Positions 47,244 to 56,993 of a stretch of DNA of 64,000 nt are shown here, piece by piece (positions within the stretch are counted from its first letter, which is position 1; every line of letters starts with the position of its first letter). Under the pieces are notes generated by a model, which searched no databases, was not told the origin of the DNA, and saw only the letters and a program-made list of their open reading frames with translations. Source of the stretch: Planctomycetota bacterium (GTDB taxonomy: Bacteria; Planctomycetota; PLA2; JAEUHO01); contig CBDCWP010000031.1 of the NCBI GenBank assembly GCA_965223505.1, positions 32,001-96,000 of the forward strand, written 5' to 3'. Made by a program: the position numbers and the translations under genes.

Positions 47244-48065
47244 ATGAGAACTGCATTTGTCTGCTACGACCGCTCGCAGCGCCACACGGTGGAAGCGCTG
47301 GCGAAAGACATCAGGTCCCTCGGTTGGGACCCCTGGTTCGACCGGGAAATCAAGCCGTCCGACAACTGGTGGCCACGGATCCTCGAGAAGAGTAGGACGT
47401 GCGACGTCTTCATCTATGCCTTCTCCGCCGAGTCGGCGTCATCCGAAGCCTGCGACGTCGAGTCGAGATGGGCAGCCGACTGCGACCGGATCCTCCTGCC
47501 GGTTCAACTCGAGTCGGGGTCGATCTCCGGACTGCCGGCCTTCGCCGCCAGTAGACAGGCCATCAAGTACGAGCCGGACTCGAGGACCTCGCTCAAGCAA
47601 CTGGAAGATGCGCTCGCCGGCATCCCACCGACGCCGCCGCAACCCGAGCCGCTTCCGCCCGCGCCGGATCCACCGGGCTTCCTCGTGAACAGCATCAACG
47701 AGCTCGCAGGCAGCTCGACACCCGATCCGAAAGAGCAGCAAGGTCTGGTTGACAGCGCTGCCAAGCGCAACTGGCGTGAGGAGGAGATCGATGATGCGAT
47801 CACGGCACTTCGCCGGTTACGGGGCAACCCCGTCGTCATCGGAACGGTGCGAGACAAGATCGATCGAGTTCTCGCCGACCTCACCGAACGGCGGTCCCCG
47901 GCCGATGCCGTCGAGTTTCAGGAGGTCACGCTACCGGATCCGCCCGAGCTCCCCGATGATGACGCACTCGTCGTCGTCGAGGAGAAGAAAGAGACGAGCG
48001 CGCTCGAGGTCATCGGCGGGATCGTCGTCGTCCTCTTCATCCTCGGCATGATGCAGAGTTGCTAA
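47244..48065 (+). CDS. TIR-domain protein with C-terminal TM helix
   Basis: AFVCY.R.....V..LA.DI..LGWDPWFDREI...DNWW..IL....CDVFIY.FS..S..SEAC..E..WA.....ILLPV; Pro-rich linker; C-terminal hydrophobic helix. Confidence 0.85.
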   Translation: MRTAFVCYDRSQRHTVEALAKDIRSLGWDPWFDREIKPSDNWWPRILEKSRTCDVFIYAFSAESASSEACDVESRWAADCDRILLPVQLESGSISGLPAFAASRQAIKYEPDSRTSLKQLEDALAGIPPTPPQPEPLPPAPDPPGFLVNSINELAGSSTPDPKEQQGLVDSAAKRNWREEEIDDAITALRRLRGNPVVIGTVRDKIDRVLADLTERRSPADAVEFQEVTLPDPPELPDDDALVVVEEKKETSALEVIGGIVVVLFILGMMQSC

Positions 48066-49267
48066 CGGGACAAACGTCGCAGGACGTCCGCCGGGATCTT
48101 CGGGCGGCCCGCCGCGTCGCCCTTCGAGAGCTCGAGCACGTACTTCGCCCGGAAGAGCATCTCGTCCACCATCGGATTGTTCGTCATCGTCGTCACCTGG
48201 CTCGGCAGCTTGCGCTCGATGCTGATCGAGATCCGCACCACCAGGCCGGTCTCGGGGTTCACGTAGAACGTCCCAACGATCTGCTTGACGGCCAGTCGAA
48301 TCGCGGCGGCCACGGTCATGCCGGTCGCCGGGTCCTGAATGAGCGAGTCGTCGAACGTCGTCCTGAATCCGTCGCAGCGAACGTCGCCGATCAGGCTCGG
48401 GTTGTCGGCCTCGACGCCGTCGCCGGACTCGATCGCCGCGGCGAGGTCCGTGAAGCCCAGAATGCCCTTCAGCTCGCGCGCGAAGCCGGCGACGGGGGGC
48501 GCGCTCGTGCCCTCCCACGTGTGGCGTTGGATGACCCGCTCGACCTTGCGGTACACGTCCAGCTTGCCGGCTTCGGTCTCGATCGATGCGCTCGTCACAC
48601 CGTCGCGCGTGATCCACGCTTCGAAGGGCCCATCCGGACCGCTGCCGAAAGGGTTCATGCCGCCGGGGAACGGCGAGATCCGCGTCACGCGCGCGTCGAT
48701 CGCGATGTCGTCCAACGCCGCGGTCTTGCGAAGCGCGGCAACGAGCTTCTGCTTGTGCTCCGGCGCCGGTCGCGGAGCGTCCGGCGTGGCTTCAGCCGAC
48801 CCGTCGTCCTTCTTGGGGTCCTGCTGGACGCCCTTGAAGCGTGCCCACGCGTCGTCGAGGATGGCGAGCATGCGTTTGGGCGCCAATCCGACGGTGACCT
48901 CACCCTTGCCCTCGAACAGCAGGTTGCCGTCGTTGTCGATGAGCAGGAAGTTGCTGGCGACGGACGTGCGCTTGTCCGCGAGCTTCCAGGCGTCCTTTCC
49001 CGTGACGCTGTCGTCGATGTCGATGGCGACGGCGCGCTCGTTGATCTGCTTGACGACCGAGGCATCCGTGAACAGCCCACCGGGCTTCATCATCTCCTTG
49101 CCGGGTCAGGTCGCCGGTCCGGTGATGAAGACGAGCAGCAGCTTGCCGTCGGCCTTTGCTTGCGCCACGGCTTCGGGAACGTCCCGGCGCCACTTGACCT
49201 CGTCGGCTGCGTAGGCGGCGGTTCCAGCGAGCAGGATCAACATCGACAGGCAAGCGGCGCGCTTCAT
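48062..49267 (-). CDS. Exported thioredoxin-fold protein with in-frame TGA (candidate selenoprotein; otherwise split gene/pseudogene)
   Basis: Track ORFs 49106..49315 and 48062..49093 share one frame, separated only by TGA (49106-49108) and 4 codons: signal peptide-VKWRRDVPEAVAQAKADGKLLLVFITGPAT*PGKEMM...VVKQINERAVAIDID...FLLIDNDG. Confidence 0.65.
49069..49089 (-). promoter_or_regulatory. Candidate bacterial SECIS hairpin
   Basis: UGAAGCCC-GGU-GGGC(UG)UUCA stem-loop; the G-starting apical loop lies 24 nt downstream of the UGA. Confidence 0.45.
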
Positions 49268-49419
49268 GGTGTTCTCCCGGACAGCTGCATGCACCGTCCT
49301 AGACGCATTTGACACGCCCGCTGTTGGTCCTGCCGCGCGGAGGTCGGCAGAAAGTCCCGGCTGTGCGGCGCCTCGTCCGACCCTGTACCCTCTGGGTCGC
49401 TCTGGCGGAGAGGTGCTCG

Positions 49420-52332
49420 ATGCGGGGAATCAGCCGTTGCTGCATGGTGCTGGGGGTGCTGCTCGCCGGCGCCGCGGCGCCCGCTCCGGTCCGTGCGGAC
49501 GAGCCGCCCGCCGACGCCGACGCGTGGCACGCCGCGGTCGCGCACGCCGCGGCCGCGTTCGACCGGGCGGCGCTCACCGGCCTGGCCCGTGCACCGCGCG
49601 GCGACGCCTGGATCGCGACCGACCGGATGGTCGCCCGCGGCTTCGTGCAGATGGCGGATCACTTCGCCTCGCAGGTGGCGGCGCCCGATGCGGAGGCGCT
49701 GCGTCGCTACTTCCGTGGCGAACCCGAACCCCGACGAGTCGAGCGCGCCGTGCTCGACCAGATCCGCCAGCGGCTCGAGGGCGGCGACGCGTTGGGGGCC
49801 GCGCGTGCGGCTGCGAAGCACGGCGACGGGTTGCCGGATCTCCTTCGCTATCGCTTCCGTTTCATCGAAGCGTGGGCCTGGCGCTTCGCGGGCGAGCTCG
49901 ACGCGGCGCGCAGCGCCTTCGAGGCGGCGGAGACGATTGCGACGCGTCTGGGATGGCTCCAGGCGATGCTGGACAGCGTGACGGGACTGTTCGAGACCGT
50001 CGCGTACGCCGATCGTGCGGCCGCCGAAGCGGCGCTGGTGCGCCGCGGGCAAACCGCGGCGAAGCTCGGGGAGCCTGTGGTGGTTCTCGAGACGCAGGTT
50101 TGGCGCGGCGGCGTCGAGGCGGAGAGCGGACGGATCACGGCAGGCGTTCAGCGCCTTCGAGCCGCGCTCGCCGAGCTGACCGTGCACCAGAAGGACGAGT
50201 ACACGGGCGAGGCGCACGCGACGCTGGCGCAAGCGCTCGTGATGGGGGGGCAGTACGGTCTCGCCTTGAATCACGGCGCGGAGGCCGCGCGGTGCTTCGA
50301 GCGGGCCGAGCACGTCGAGGGGGCGCTGTACGCGCGCGCATCGATCATCGCGGCGTACTCCGATATCGGCCTCGACGAGTCCGTCGCTCGGCTTTGCAAG
50401 GTCCAGGTGGCGCAGGCGCAGGGCGTCGACGCGCAGCTGCTCGCGGACGCGCGCCTTGCGTGGGCGATCTCCGCTGCCCGACTGGGCGATGCGGACCTGG
50501 CGGCGGCGAAATTCGCGGAAGCGCTGGCGTACTTCGACGCACACGACGACCATCGCCAGTCCGCCATCCTCCGCATCAACCGGGCGAGCGAGCTCCACAT
50601 GCCGATTGAGGACTGGGAGGCCGCGGCACGGGATCTCGCCCACGTGCTGGAGAGCGAGGCGATGTCGCGTCGGCTCCAGGGTTATGCACATCTCTTCCTC
50701 GGAGACGTTCACGCCGCGCGCGGCGATGACGAAGCGTCGGGTGACGCGTACCAACGCGCGGAACGGGCGGCGACGGAGACCGGCGATCGCACGCTCAAAG
50801 CGATCGCGCTGGCGGGACTCAGCGAGCGGGCGTTCGATCGCGACGCGACCGAGGCGCTGGATCTCGCCGTTCGCGCGAGTGCCGAGATCCTCGCGGAAGC
50901 CGATCATCTCGCCGACACGGAGGCGGTTTCGTTTCTCGGGCAGGCGGCACCGGTTCGCGCCGCAGCCGCGCGGCTGCGCGCGGCGTTCGCGATCGGTGAC
51001 CCCGCCATCGCGTTCGACACCATCGAAGCCGTGCGTGCGGTTGCCCTGCTGGACAGTCTCGGCGGTGTCGGACAGGTCTATCGCGCCGCCCTGCCGGACG
51101 AGCTCCGCATTGCGCTCGAGCAAGCGCAGCGGCGACTCCGCGATGCGGAAGCCGCTCACGACGCGGAGCTCGCAGGCGACGGGAACTTGAAGCGGCTCGC
51201 GCGCGTCCGCGCGGAGCGGCAGACCGCTCGAACGGTCTTGACGGAGACGCAATCCCGCCTGCAGAGGGAGGCGGCTCGCATTGCGCGCGTGTCTCGCCCT
51301 GCGTTCGTCTCCCACGACGCGCTCCGGGCATGGCTCGCACCGCACGAGGTCTTCGTTCACTACGCCGTCGTCGACGCGTCGCTGCACGCCGTCGTCGTCG
51401 ATCGAGCGGGTGTGCGGTTGCTATCGATCGGCGCCGCCGCCGCCGCGCTCGCGTCGGTCTCGGTGCTCGACACGTACCGGCGTCCACGTCGGGCAGGTGA
51501 GAACGAGCGCAAGCCCGCGACCGTCTTCCGGTCCCTCGCGAACGAGTTGCTCGGCCCGCTCGAACTTGCGCCGACCGTCACCAACGTCATCGTTTCGCCG
51601 TCGGCAGAGATCGCGAATCTCCCGTGGCCCAAGATCGGACGGCACGCCGACGTGGCGTTGACGCTCGCTCCCTCCGCGTCGGTGCTGATGCTGTTGTCGA
51701 ACGACCCCGTGCGCGTTACACGCAAGCGCCTCGTGCTCGCGGATCCCGACTACACCGGCAGGAGCAGGCTCTCACCGCTGCCTCGGTCCGGTGACGAGGG
51801 CCGTGCCGTTGCTCGCGAGACCGACGAGCTGCGATTGGGGGCCGAGGCGTCGGAGTCGACGCTGCGCGACGTGCTTCACGGCCGTGACGAGGCGTGGTCG
51901 GTGGTGCACTTCGCGTGCCACGGCATTGTGAACCGCGAGTGGCCGGCCCTCTCGTCGTTGGCCCTTGCGCAGGATGCCGGGCACGACGGGTTTCTGACCG
52001 GCGCCGAGATCCTGGCGTTGCCGCTCGACGCCGATCTGGTCGTTCTGTCGGCATGCGACACGGGCACGATGACCGCGGTCGCGGGCGAAGGCTATCTGGG
52101 CGTTCCGCGGGCGCTCCTCGCGGCGGGCGCGAGCCGGATCCTCGCCAATCTGTGGCGCGTCGACGACCGGGCCGGCATGGAGCTCATGCGACTCTTCTAC
52201 GCTGCGCTCGAGGCCGGCGCGATGCCGATCGAAGCGCTGCGAAGCGCGCAGGAGGAGCTACCCGCGATCGATGCGAAGTGGGCGGACCCGTACTACTGGG
52301 CGGGATGGGTGTGCTGGGGGTCTCCGCGCTGA
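49420..52332 (+). CDS. Signal-peptide-bearing TPR-like/CHAT-domain (caspase-like) protease
   Basis: Helical repeats; LPRSGDE, GAEASES, VVHFACHG (catalytic His), DGFLT..EI, LVVLSACDT (catalytic Cys), LWRVDD, PYYWAG. Confidence 0.9.
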   Translation: MRGISRCCMVLGVLLAGAAAPAPVRADEPPADADAWHAAVAHAAAAFDRAALTGLARAPRGDAWIATDRMVARGFVQMADHFASQVAAPDAEALRRYFRGEPEPRRVERAVLDQIRQRLEGGDALGAARAAAKHGDGLPDLLRYRFRFIEAWAWRFAGELDAARSAFEAAETIATRLGWLQAMLDSVTGLFETVAYADRAAAEAALVRRGQTAAKLGEPVVVLETQVWRGGVEAESGRITAGVQRLRAALAELTVHQKDEYTGEAHATLAQALVMGGQYGLALNHGAEAARCFERAEHVEGALYARASIIAAYSDIGLDESVARLCKVQVAQAQGVDAQLLADARLAWAISAARLGDADLAAAKFAEALAYFDAHDDHRQSAILRINRASELHMPIEDWEAAARDLAHVLESEAMSRRLQGYAHLFLGDVHAARGDDEASGDAYQRAERAATETGDRTLKAIALAGLSERAFDRDATEALDLAVRASAEILAEADHLADTEAVSFLGQAAPVRAAAARLRAAFAIGDPAIAFDTIEAVRAVALLDSLGGVGQVYRAALPDELRIALEQAQRRLRDAEAAHDAELAGDGNLKRLARVRAERQTARTVLTETQSRLQREAARIARVSRPAFVSHDALRAWLAPHEVFVHYAVVDASLHAVVVDRAGVRLLSIGAAAAALASVSVLDTYRRPRRAGENERKPATVFRSLANELLGPLELAPTVTNVIVSPSAEIANLPWPKIGRHADVALTLAPSASVLMLLSNDPVRVTRKRLVLADPDYTGRSRLSPLPRSGDEGRAVARETDELRLGAEASESTLRDVLHGRDEAWSVVHFACHGIVNREWPALSSLALAQDAGHDGFLTGAEILALPLDADLVVLSACDTGTMTAVAGEGYLGVPRALLAAGASRILANLWRVDDRAGMELMRLFYAALEAGAMPIEALRSAQEELPAIDAKWADPYYWAGWVCWGSPR

Positions 52333-52350
52333 TCGCGAAGCGGCCGACCG

Positions 52351-53007
52351 CTACGGCACGGCAGTGGTCTTCGACTTCTGCTTGAATTTCACCTCGAACG
52401 CGCCGTCCCGATACGGGTAGTAGCAATCGGCCGTGTACTCGCCGGGAGAGGGGCCGTTCTTCATCACGATGACGATGTCCTCGTGAAAGCTCTCTTCCGT
52501 GCCCACAGCCGGGTTGACCGTGACCGCGTCCACCGTCATCTCCTCCCATCCGGGCGTGGACCGTTCGATGAACATCTTGAGCTCGATCTTCCACGCGTAA
52601 CCGGACCAAGGCATGTCGAGGTCGATCAGACGAAACGACGTATCCGTGTTGACCGCCGCGCACTCGAGGGGGCCGTTCGTCACGGACTGCTCGTTGTCGC
52701 CGTAGATCTCGTCGACCCCGCCCGGCGTCGGCCTGACGGTCATGACGACGCTTTGCGCGGCACCAAACTTCACCTTCCGGTCGGACTTGTTGAGGAAGCG
52801 TATGCGTGTCGGCGGCGGGTTCGGATCTCCCTCGAGGCCCACGAACTCCTCGAGGCTGGAGATTCGCATCTCCATGTCGTCGATGCGCGCATCCGGCGGC
52901 TCTTCACCTCGCTTCCTGACCTTCGGCGCGTCCTCGTCGCCTTCCTCGCATGCGCCGAGAAGCGCTCCGAGCGCGATGCACAAAACCACTGCGACATGTC
53001 TGGTCAT
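52351..53007 (-). CDS. Hypothetical lipoprotein (paralogue of 54838..55398)
   Basis: LLGA-C lipobox; PTRIRFLNKSDRKVKF motif; GAGGAG SD. Confidence 0.7.
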   Translation of the reverse strand: MTRHVAVVLCIALGALLGACEEGDEDAPKVRKRGEEPPDARIDDMEMRISSLEEFVGLEGDPNPPPTRIRFLNKSDRKVKFGAAQSVVMTVRPTPGGVDEIYGDNEQSVTNGPLECAAVNTDTSFRLIDLDMPWSGYAWKIELKMFIERSTPGWEEMTVDAVTVNPAVGTEESFHEDIVIVMKNGPSPGEYTADCYYPYRDGAFEVKFKQKSKTTAVP

Positions 53008-53020
53008 CCGTCTCTCCTCG

Positions 53021-54754
53021 CTATTGAACGATGTTGATCCCGACCTGTGTGTCCTGGTGCGAAAGCCACGCGACGTCATTGTCGTCCGTCTGGTCGCGCC
53101 CGGGATGCGTCGCTCGCCATTCCAGGCGAAATCCGTTCCCGTGCATGTCGCGCGGGATGCGGATTTGGTAGGAAGCCGCGATCCAGGTGGCGATCGGATC
53201 CCGAAAGTGATAGCGGCCCACCACCCGCGGTGCGTGGCCTCGCTTCGTGAGTGTGAACGTGAGGAGGGCCTTGCGGATCGGGACCGTCCCGCGATTCTCG
53301 ACCTGGATCCCGACGATCTTCAGCTTCTCGCCCGCGGTCACTCGGACTTGATTCGCGTTCCGGTGACCTTCGACATGTGCGCGGATGGGAAGGCACCTGG
53401 AACCCGGCCAGACGTGGCACCCTGCGACGGTCGCCAGGTCGCAGAACCTCCGGATTTTCCAATCGCCGCGCTCGGGCGGCTGCTCGGCCAGGAAGTGACG
53501 GATGCACGCATAGTCGGCGGCGCGCGCATAGTCGGCGCCGGTGTCGCCCGGGGGGACGTAGACCGACGTGCGCGCCACCATGATCGTCAGGGCGCCGCAC
53601 TCGTGGCCGTGGAGCAGCGCGTGGCCCAGCTCGTGGGTGATCGTCCGTTCCCGATTCGACGGCCGAACGCGCCCCTTGATCAGAACGTCGGCCTCGACGA
53701 ACCGTCCCGTCTCCGCGTCGACCCACAGATAGCACTTGCCCTCGTTCGAGCCCAATCGGTACGGCCCCGTGGTCACCTCCTGGCCCAGGATCACGATGCC
53801 CGACCGGCTGTCCTGCATGAACGCAGGATGCGTACCGTCCCCCGGCGACTCCGTCGAGAACGTGAGCGGCGGACTTCCACCCACCGTTGCGACGTGATTC
53901 CACGCACGGAACCCTGCGGCCACCTCCTCGCGCAGCCCGGCTTCCGTGTTCTTCAGATGGAACTCGATACCGCGGTCCAGCCAGGGGACGACGCCCTCTG
54001 ACTCCGACTGGTCGATGCAAGAGCTGTTGCAGCTCATGCTCTGCGTCGCGAAGGGGTTGACGAACGAGCTCGTCGTCTCGCGCTGAATGCAGTTGCAGAC
54101 GAGCGACGCCGACACCGTCGAGATGGCCGTCGGCTCGTGTTCGACCGGAGACGCGAAGAGTCCCTCCTCGCCGAAAGGCAGCTTCGACTGAGGGGGCGGC
54201 GGTTCGACGCACACGCGGCGCTTGCGATGCAGCGTCGGCTCCAACGCCGACAAGGCACGGTGAATTCGTCCGTCCGCGTCGAGGCCGAGCCGGAATCCCT
54301 CTTCGTCGCTCATGCGACCGGTTTCGGAGACCGCGTAGACGCCGTCGAGCACGTTCTGATTCTCGGCGGCGTTGGTGAGGACCACGTAGCGTCGCTTCGG
54401 CTCGAGGCGGACCGTGCCCTTGCTCGGGATCAGCTCGAGGCCGTTGGGCGCGCGGCCCCCTTCGACGTAGAACGTGAACGACGACGCGCCGGGCGTGTCC
54501 GGCTTCAGCCAGTGCGTTTCGTCCATCTCGTAGCGCGTCGCCGGAAGCCCCAGCGGGCTCTCGCTCTCGAACGTCACGCGCCGAACGCGGCCGCGGACCA
54601 CGGCGTTCGCCGACCGAAACGCGGCTCGAATCTCGCGCTCGGCCGCGGTGAGGCGATCGGACGAGGACTTCTCGTCCGCCAGCGCCGTGCCGAAGCCGAG
54701 CAAGAGCAGCGCCACGAGCGCCGTCCGTGAGAACAAGTCACACCTCCCAATCAT
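53021..54754 (-). CDS. Secreted metzincin (matrixin-like) Zn metalloprotease with C-terminal Ig/CARDB-like domain
   Basis: Signal peptide; AGFRAWN, FVEADV, HELGHALLHGH, Met-turn LTIM; C-terminal VENRG...DDND. ATG at 54754. Confidence 0.75.
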   Translation of the reverse strand: MIGRCDLFSRTALVALLLLGFGTALADEKSSSDRLTAAEREIRAAFRSANAVVRGRVRRVTFESESPLGLPATRYEMDETHWLKPDTPGASSFTFYVEGGRAPNGLELIPSKGTVRLEPKRRYVVLTNAAENQNVLDGVYAVSETGRMSDEEGFRLGLDADGRIHRALSALEPTLHRKRRVCVEPPPPQSKLPFGEEGLFASPVEHEPTAISTVSASLVCNCIQRETTSSFVNPFATQSMSCNSSCIDQSESEGVVPWLDRGIEFHLKNTEAGLREEVAAGFRAWNHVATVGGSPPLTFSTESPGDGTHPAFMQDSRSGIVILGQEVTTGPYRLGSNEGKCYLWVDAETGRFVEADVLIKGRVRPSNRERTITHELGHALLHGHECGALTIMVARTSVYVPPGDTGADYARAADYACIRHFLAEQPPERGDWKIRRFCDLATVAGCHVWPGSRCLPIRAHVEGHRNANQVRVTAGEKLKIVGIQVENRGTVPIRKALLTFTLTKRGHAPRVVGRYHFRDPIATWIAASYQIRIPRDMHGNGFRLEWRATHPGRDQTDDNDVAWLSHQDTQVGINIVQ

Positions 54755-54837
54755 CCCGCCGTACGCCAATAGCCGGTCGGACAGGTTATCTGAGAGCGTG
54801 GATCGACCGCAAGTCGCCGAGTCCGCAGCGGTTCTCG

Positions 54838-55398
54838 CTACGGCACGTCCTCCAGGGTCGCCTGCTGGTAGTGCCACAACTCGTCCGGTTCGTCGTCGTC
54901 CTTGTCGTACGTGAAGTAGCAGCGCGCCGTGTAGTCGTCGCCGTCGTTCTCCAGGAAGATGAAGATGTCGCGCACGAAGCTCTCTTGTCCCACGTCGGAT
55001 GCATCGCACTCGGCCGACGGCACGTCGAGAGGCACGAAGGTGTTCGCTGTGCTCGTCTCGATCCAGAGCTTGAGGGTGACCCGGCTGGTGTAGACGTTCT
55101 CCTCGGCGAAGTCGAGGGTGCAGTCGTTGTCGCACACGTAGGACCGATCGAGCGGGTAGTACGGTGAGTCGGGATCCGCTCTGGCGGCTCGCACCATCAT
55201 CACGACGCTTCGCTCGCCGTCGACGTGACTGAATTTCACACGCCGATCCGACTTGTTGAGGAAGCGAATCCTCGTCGGCGCCGGTCGGTTACGACGCTCT
55301 GCGCTCTTCGCGCCGTCACCGGCGTCCTTTGCCTTCTCACCGCACCCCGCCAGGGGGAAGAGCGAACACAGGACGAAGCAAGCGAGTCGTAGCAGCAT
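54838..55398 (-). CDS. Hypothetical lipoprotein (paralogue of 52351..53007)
   Basis: LAG-C lipobox; PTRIRFLNKSDRRVKF motif; GGAGG SD. Confidence 0.72.
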   Translation of the reverse strand: MLLRLACFVLCSLFPLAGCGEKAKDAGDGAKSAERRNRPAPTRIRFLNKSDRRVKFSHVDGERSVVMMVRAARADPDSPYYPLDRSYVCDNDCTLDFAEENVYTSRVTLKLWIETSTANTFVPLDVPSAECDASDVGQESFVRDIFIFLENDGDDYTARCYFTYDKDDDEPDELWHYQQATLEDVP

Positions 55399-55531
55399 GC
55401 GCCTCCCGTCGTAGGGGGTGCCCCTTCAGGCGCAGTACCGCCCCCGACCTGTCTCGAAAAACACGTGCGCAGGATCCTATGCCCGCGGGTGCAAACGATG
55501 CAAGGCGCCCGATGCGGGCCGCGCCCGTCTG

Positions 55532-56875
55532 CTACGAATTGTCGGCCGCGGCGCGGATCGCGTCTCGAAGCGCCCGCTCGCTCTGCTGGCCCATCAGCCG
55601 GCGCCGGCCGATGTCGAACGTCGGCAGGCCCTTCAAACGCGCCTTGCGCGCGAGCTTGCGGTCACGCACGAGCTCCGCCGGCGGCGTCTTCTCGTTGACG
55701 AACTGCTGGAGCGCCCTCGCGTCCAGGCCCACGCGGCGGGCCGCGCGGAACACTTCGCTGCGCTTCTGCGACTTCGTCTCCATGAGCGCACGGAAGAGCT
55801 CCTCTTCCTTGCCGACCTGCCTCGCGTACATGCAAGCTCGCGCCCAGAGCGGATACTCGTCCGAAGACCAGGTGTAGATCCGCCGACGCTTGACCTCGAC
55901 GTTCAGCTCCGCGAGCACCTTGTCGAGCCTTTGGTGCGACTTGCGGCAGTGCGGGCAGTACGCATTCAGGTACTCGACGATCAGCACCCGGGGTTGCGGC
56001 TTCGGCGCCGGCTCGGGGTCCGGTTTCGGCGCCGGCGTCGTTGCCGGAGCAGGCGTCGGCGGCGGCGGCGGCTCGGGCGTGATCTCGATCGCAACGACCG
56101 GCTCGTCGGGCTCCGGGTTGACGAGCAGCGCGGCGGCCGCCTCGCTGGTTTCAGGGTCGTCGTCGTCGAGCGCCGGCGGAGGCGGTGGAGGCGGCGGTGC
56201 AGGGAGCGAGGCCGTCGATGGCTCGACCACGGCGTTCGTCGGGGACTCGAGGGCCGCCGGCGCTTCCGCCAACTTGCGCTGCGGCGAGGCCGCGCGCACG
56301 AGGATCTCGAGCGGTTCGAGGTCCTCGTCGGCCAACGGGACCGCCTCCTCGTACGTGGGCACCTCCTCTTGCGGCATCGCGAACGGCGCGACGCACACCA
56401 CGAAGCCCAGCATCGTCCAGGCGATCTTGCTGCCGATCGACTCGCGATCATGCCAGTCGTAGACCGGGCGCGACACGGCGTTCAGCACGATGATGCCGCC
56501 GCCGACGATGGCCGCCACGTCGACGACGACGCACAGCGGACAGAACGACTTCAGTACGAACGCCTGGTAGAGAAAGAGCGCCGTGCCGACGGCGACGCAA
56601 AGGCAGCCGCCTGCGGCGCGCAGCGTCCGTCCCAGTCCGCGGGACGGCAGCGTCAGCAACAGCAGGACCGCGAACGCGCTCGCCCCCAGGATCGATGTGG
56701 GGATGCCCGCTACCGATCCGAGCGGGCTCTCCGCCGCCTTGTCACACGCCTCTTCGAGTGGACAGAACGAGGGACCGGGCCGGAAGTGGTCGGCCACGAG
56801 GACCGCGCTGACGCCCAGCGCGACCAACACGGAGATTCGAGCGTAGACGATCAGCTGCGAAAGGGGGGATCGCAT
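55532..56875 (-). CDS. Vitamin K epoxide reductase (VKOR) - DsbA/thioredoxin fusion
   Basis: FCPLEEACD.....S....GIP, FCPLC (VKOR); long Pro/Glu-rich linker; IVEYLNAYCPHC...GLPTF (DsbA-like). Confidence 0.85.
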   Translation of the reverse strand: MRSPLSQLIVYARISVLVALGVSAVLVADHFRPGPSFCPLEEACDKAAESPLGSVAGIPTSILGASAFAVLLLLTLPSRGLGRTLRAAGGCLCVAVGTALFLYQAFVLKSFCPLCVVVDVAAIVGGGIIVLNAVSRPVYDWHDRESIGSKIAWTMLGFVVCVAPFAMPQEEVPTYEEAVPLADEDLEPLEILVRAASPQRKLAEAPAALESPTNAVVEPSTASLPAPPPPPPPPALDDDDPETSEAAAALLVNPEPDEPVVAIEITPEPPPPPTPAPATTPAPKPDPEPAPKPQPRVLIVEYLNAYCPHCRKSHQRLDKVLAELNVEVKRRRIYTWSSDEYPLWARACMYARQVGKEEELFRALMETKSQKRSEVFRAARRVGLDARALQQFVNEKTPPAELVRDRKLARKARLKGLPTFDIGRRRLMGQQSERALRDAIRAAADNS

Positions 56876-56993
56876 GGTGATTCCAGACTTCCACGGCTGG
56901 AGCGCCTGCCGCACGCCCCTCCCAGAGCCTCCCAGGCCCGCCTCATCATCGACCGGAGGCCGATCTGAACTTGAGCTTCATCACCGAGACGCT

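Noticed and set aside
47244..55398. Possible integrated genomic island at tRNA-Arg
   Set aside because: This block lies on the 5' side of the tRNA, the att-like duplicate is on the other side, and no integrase or transposase is present.
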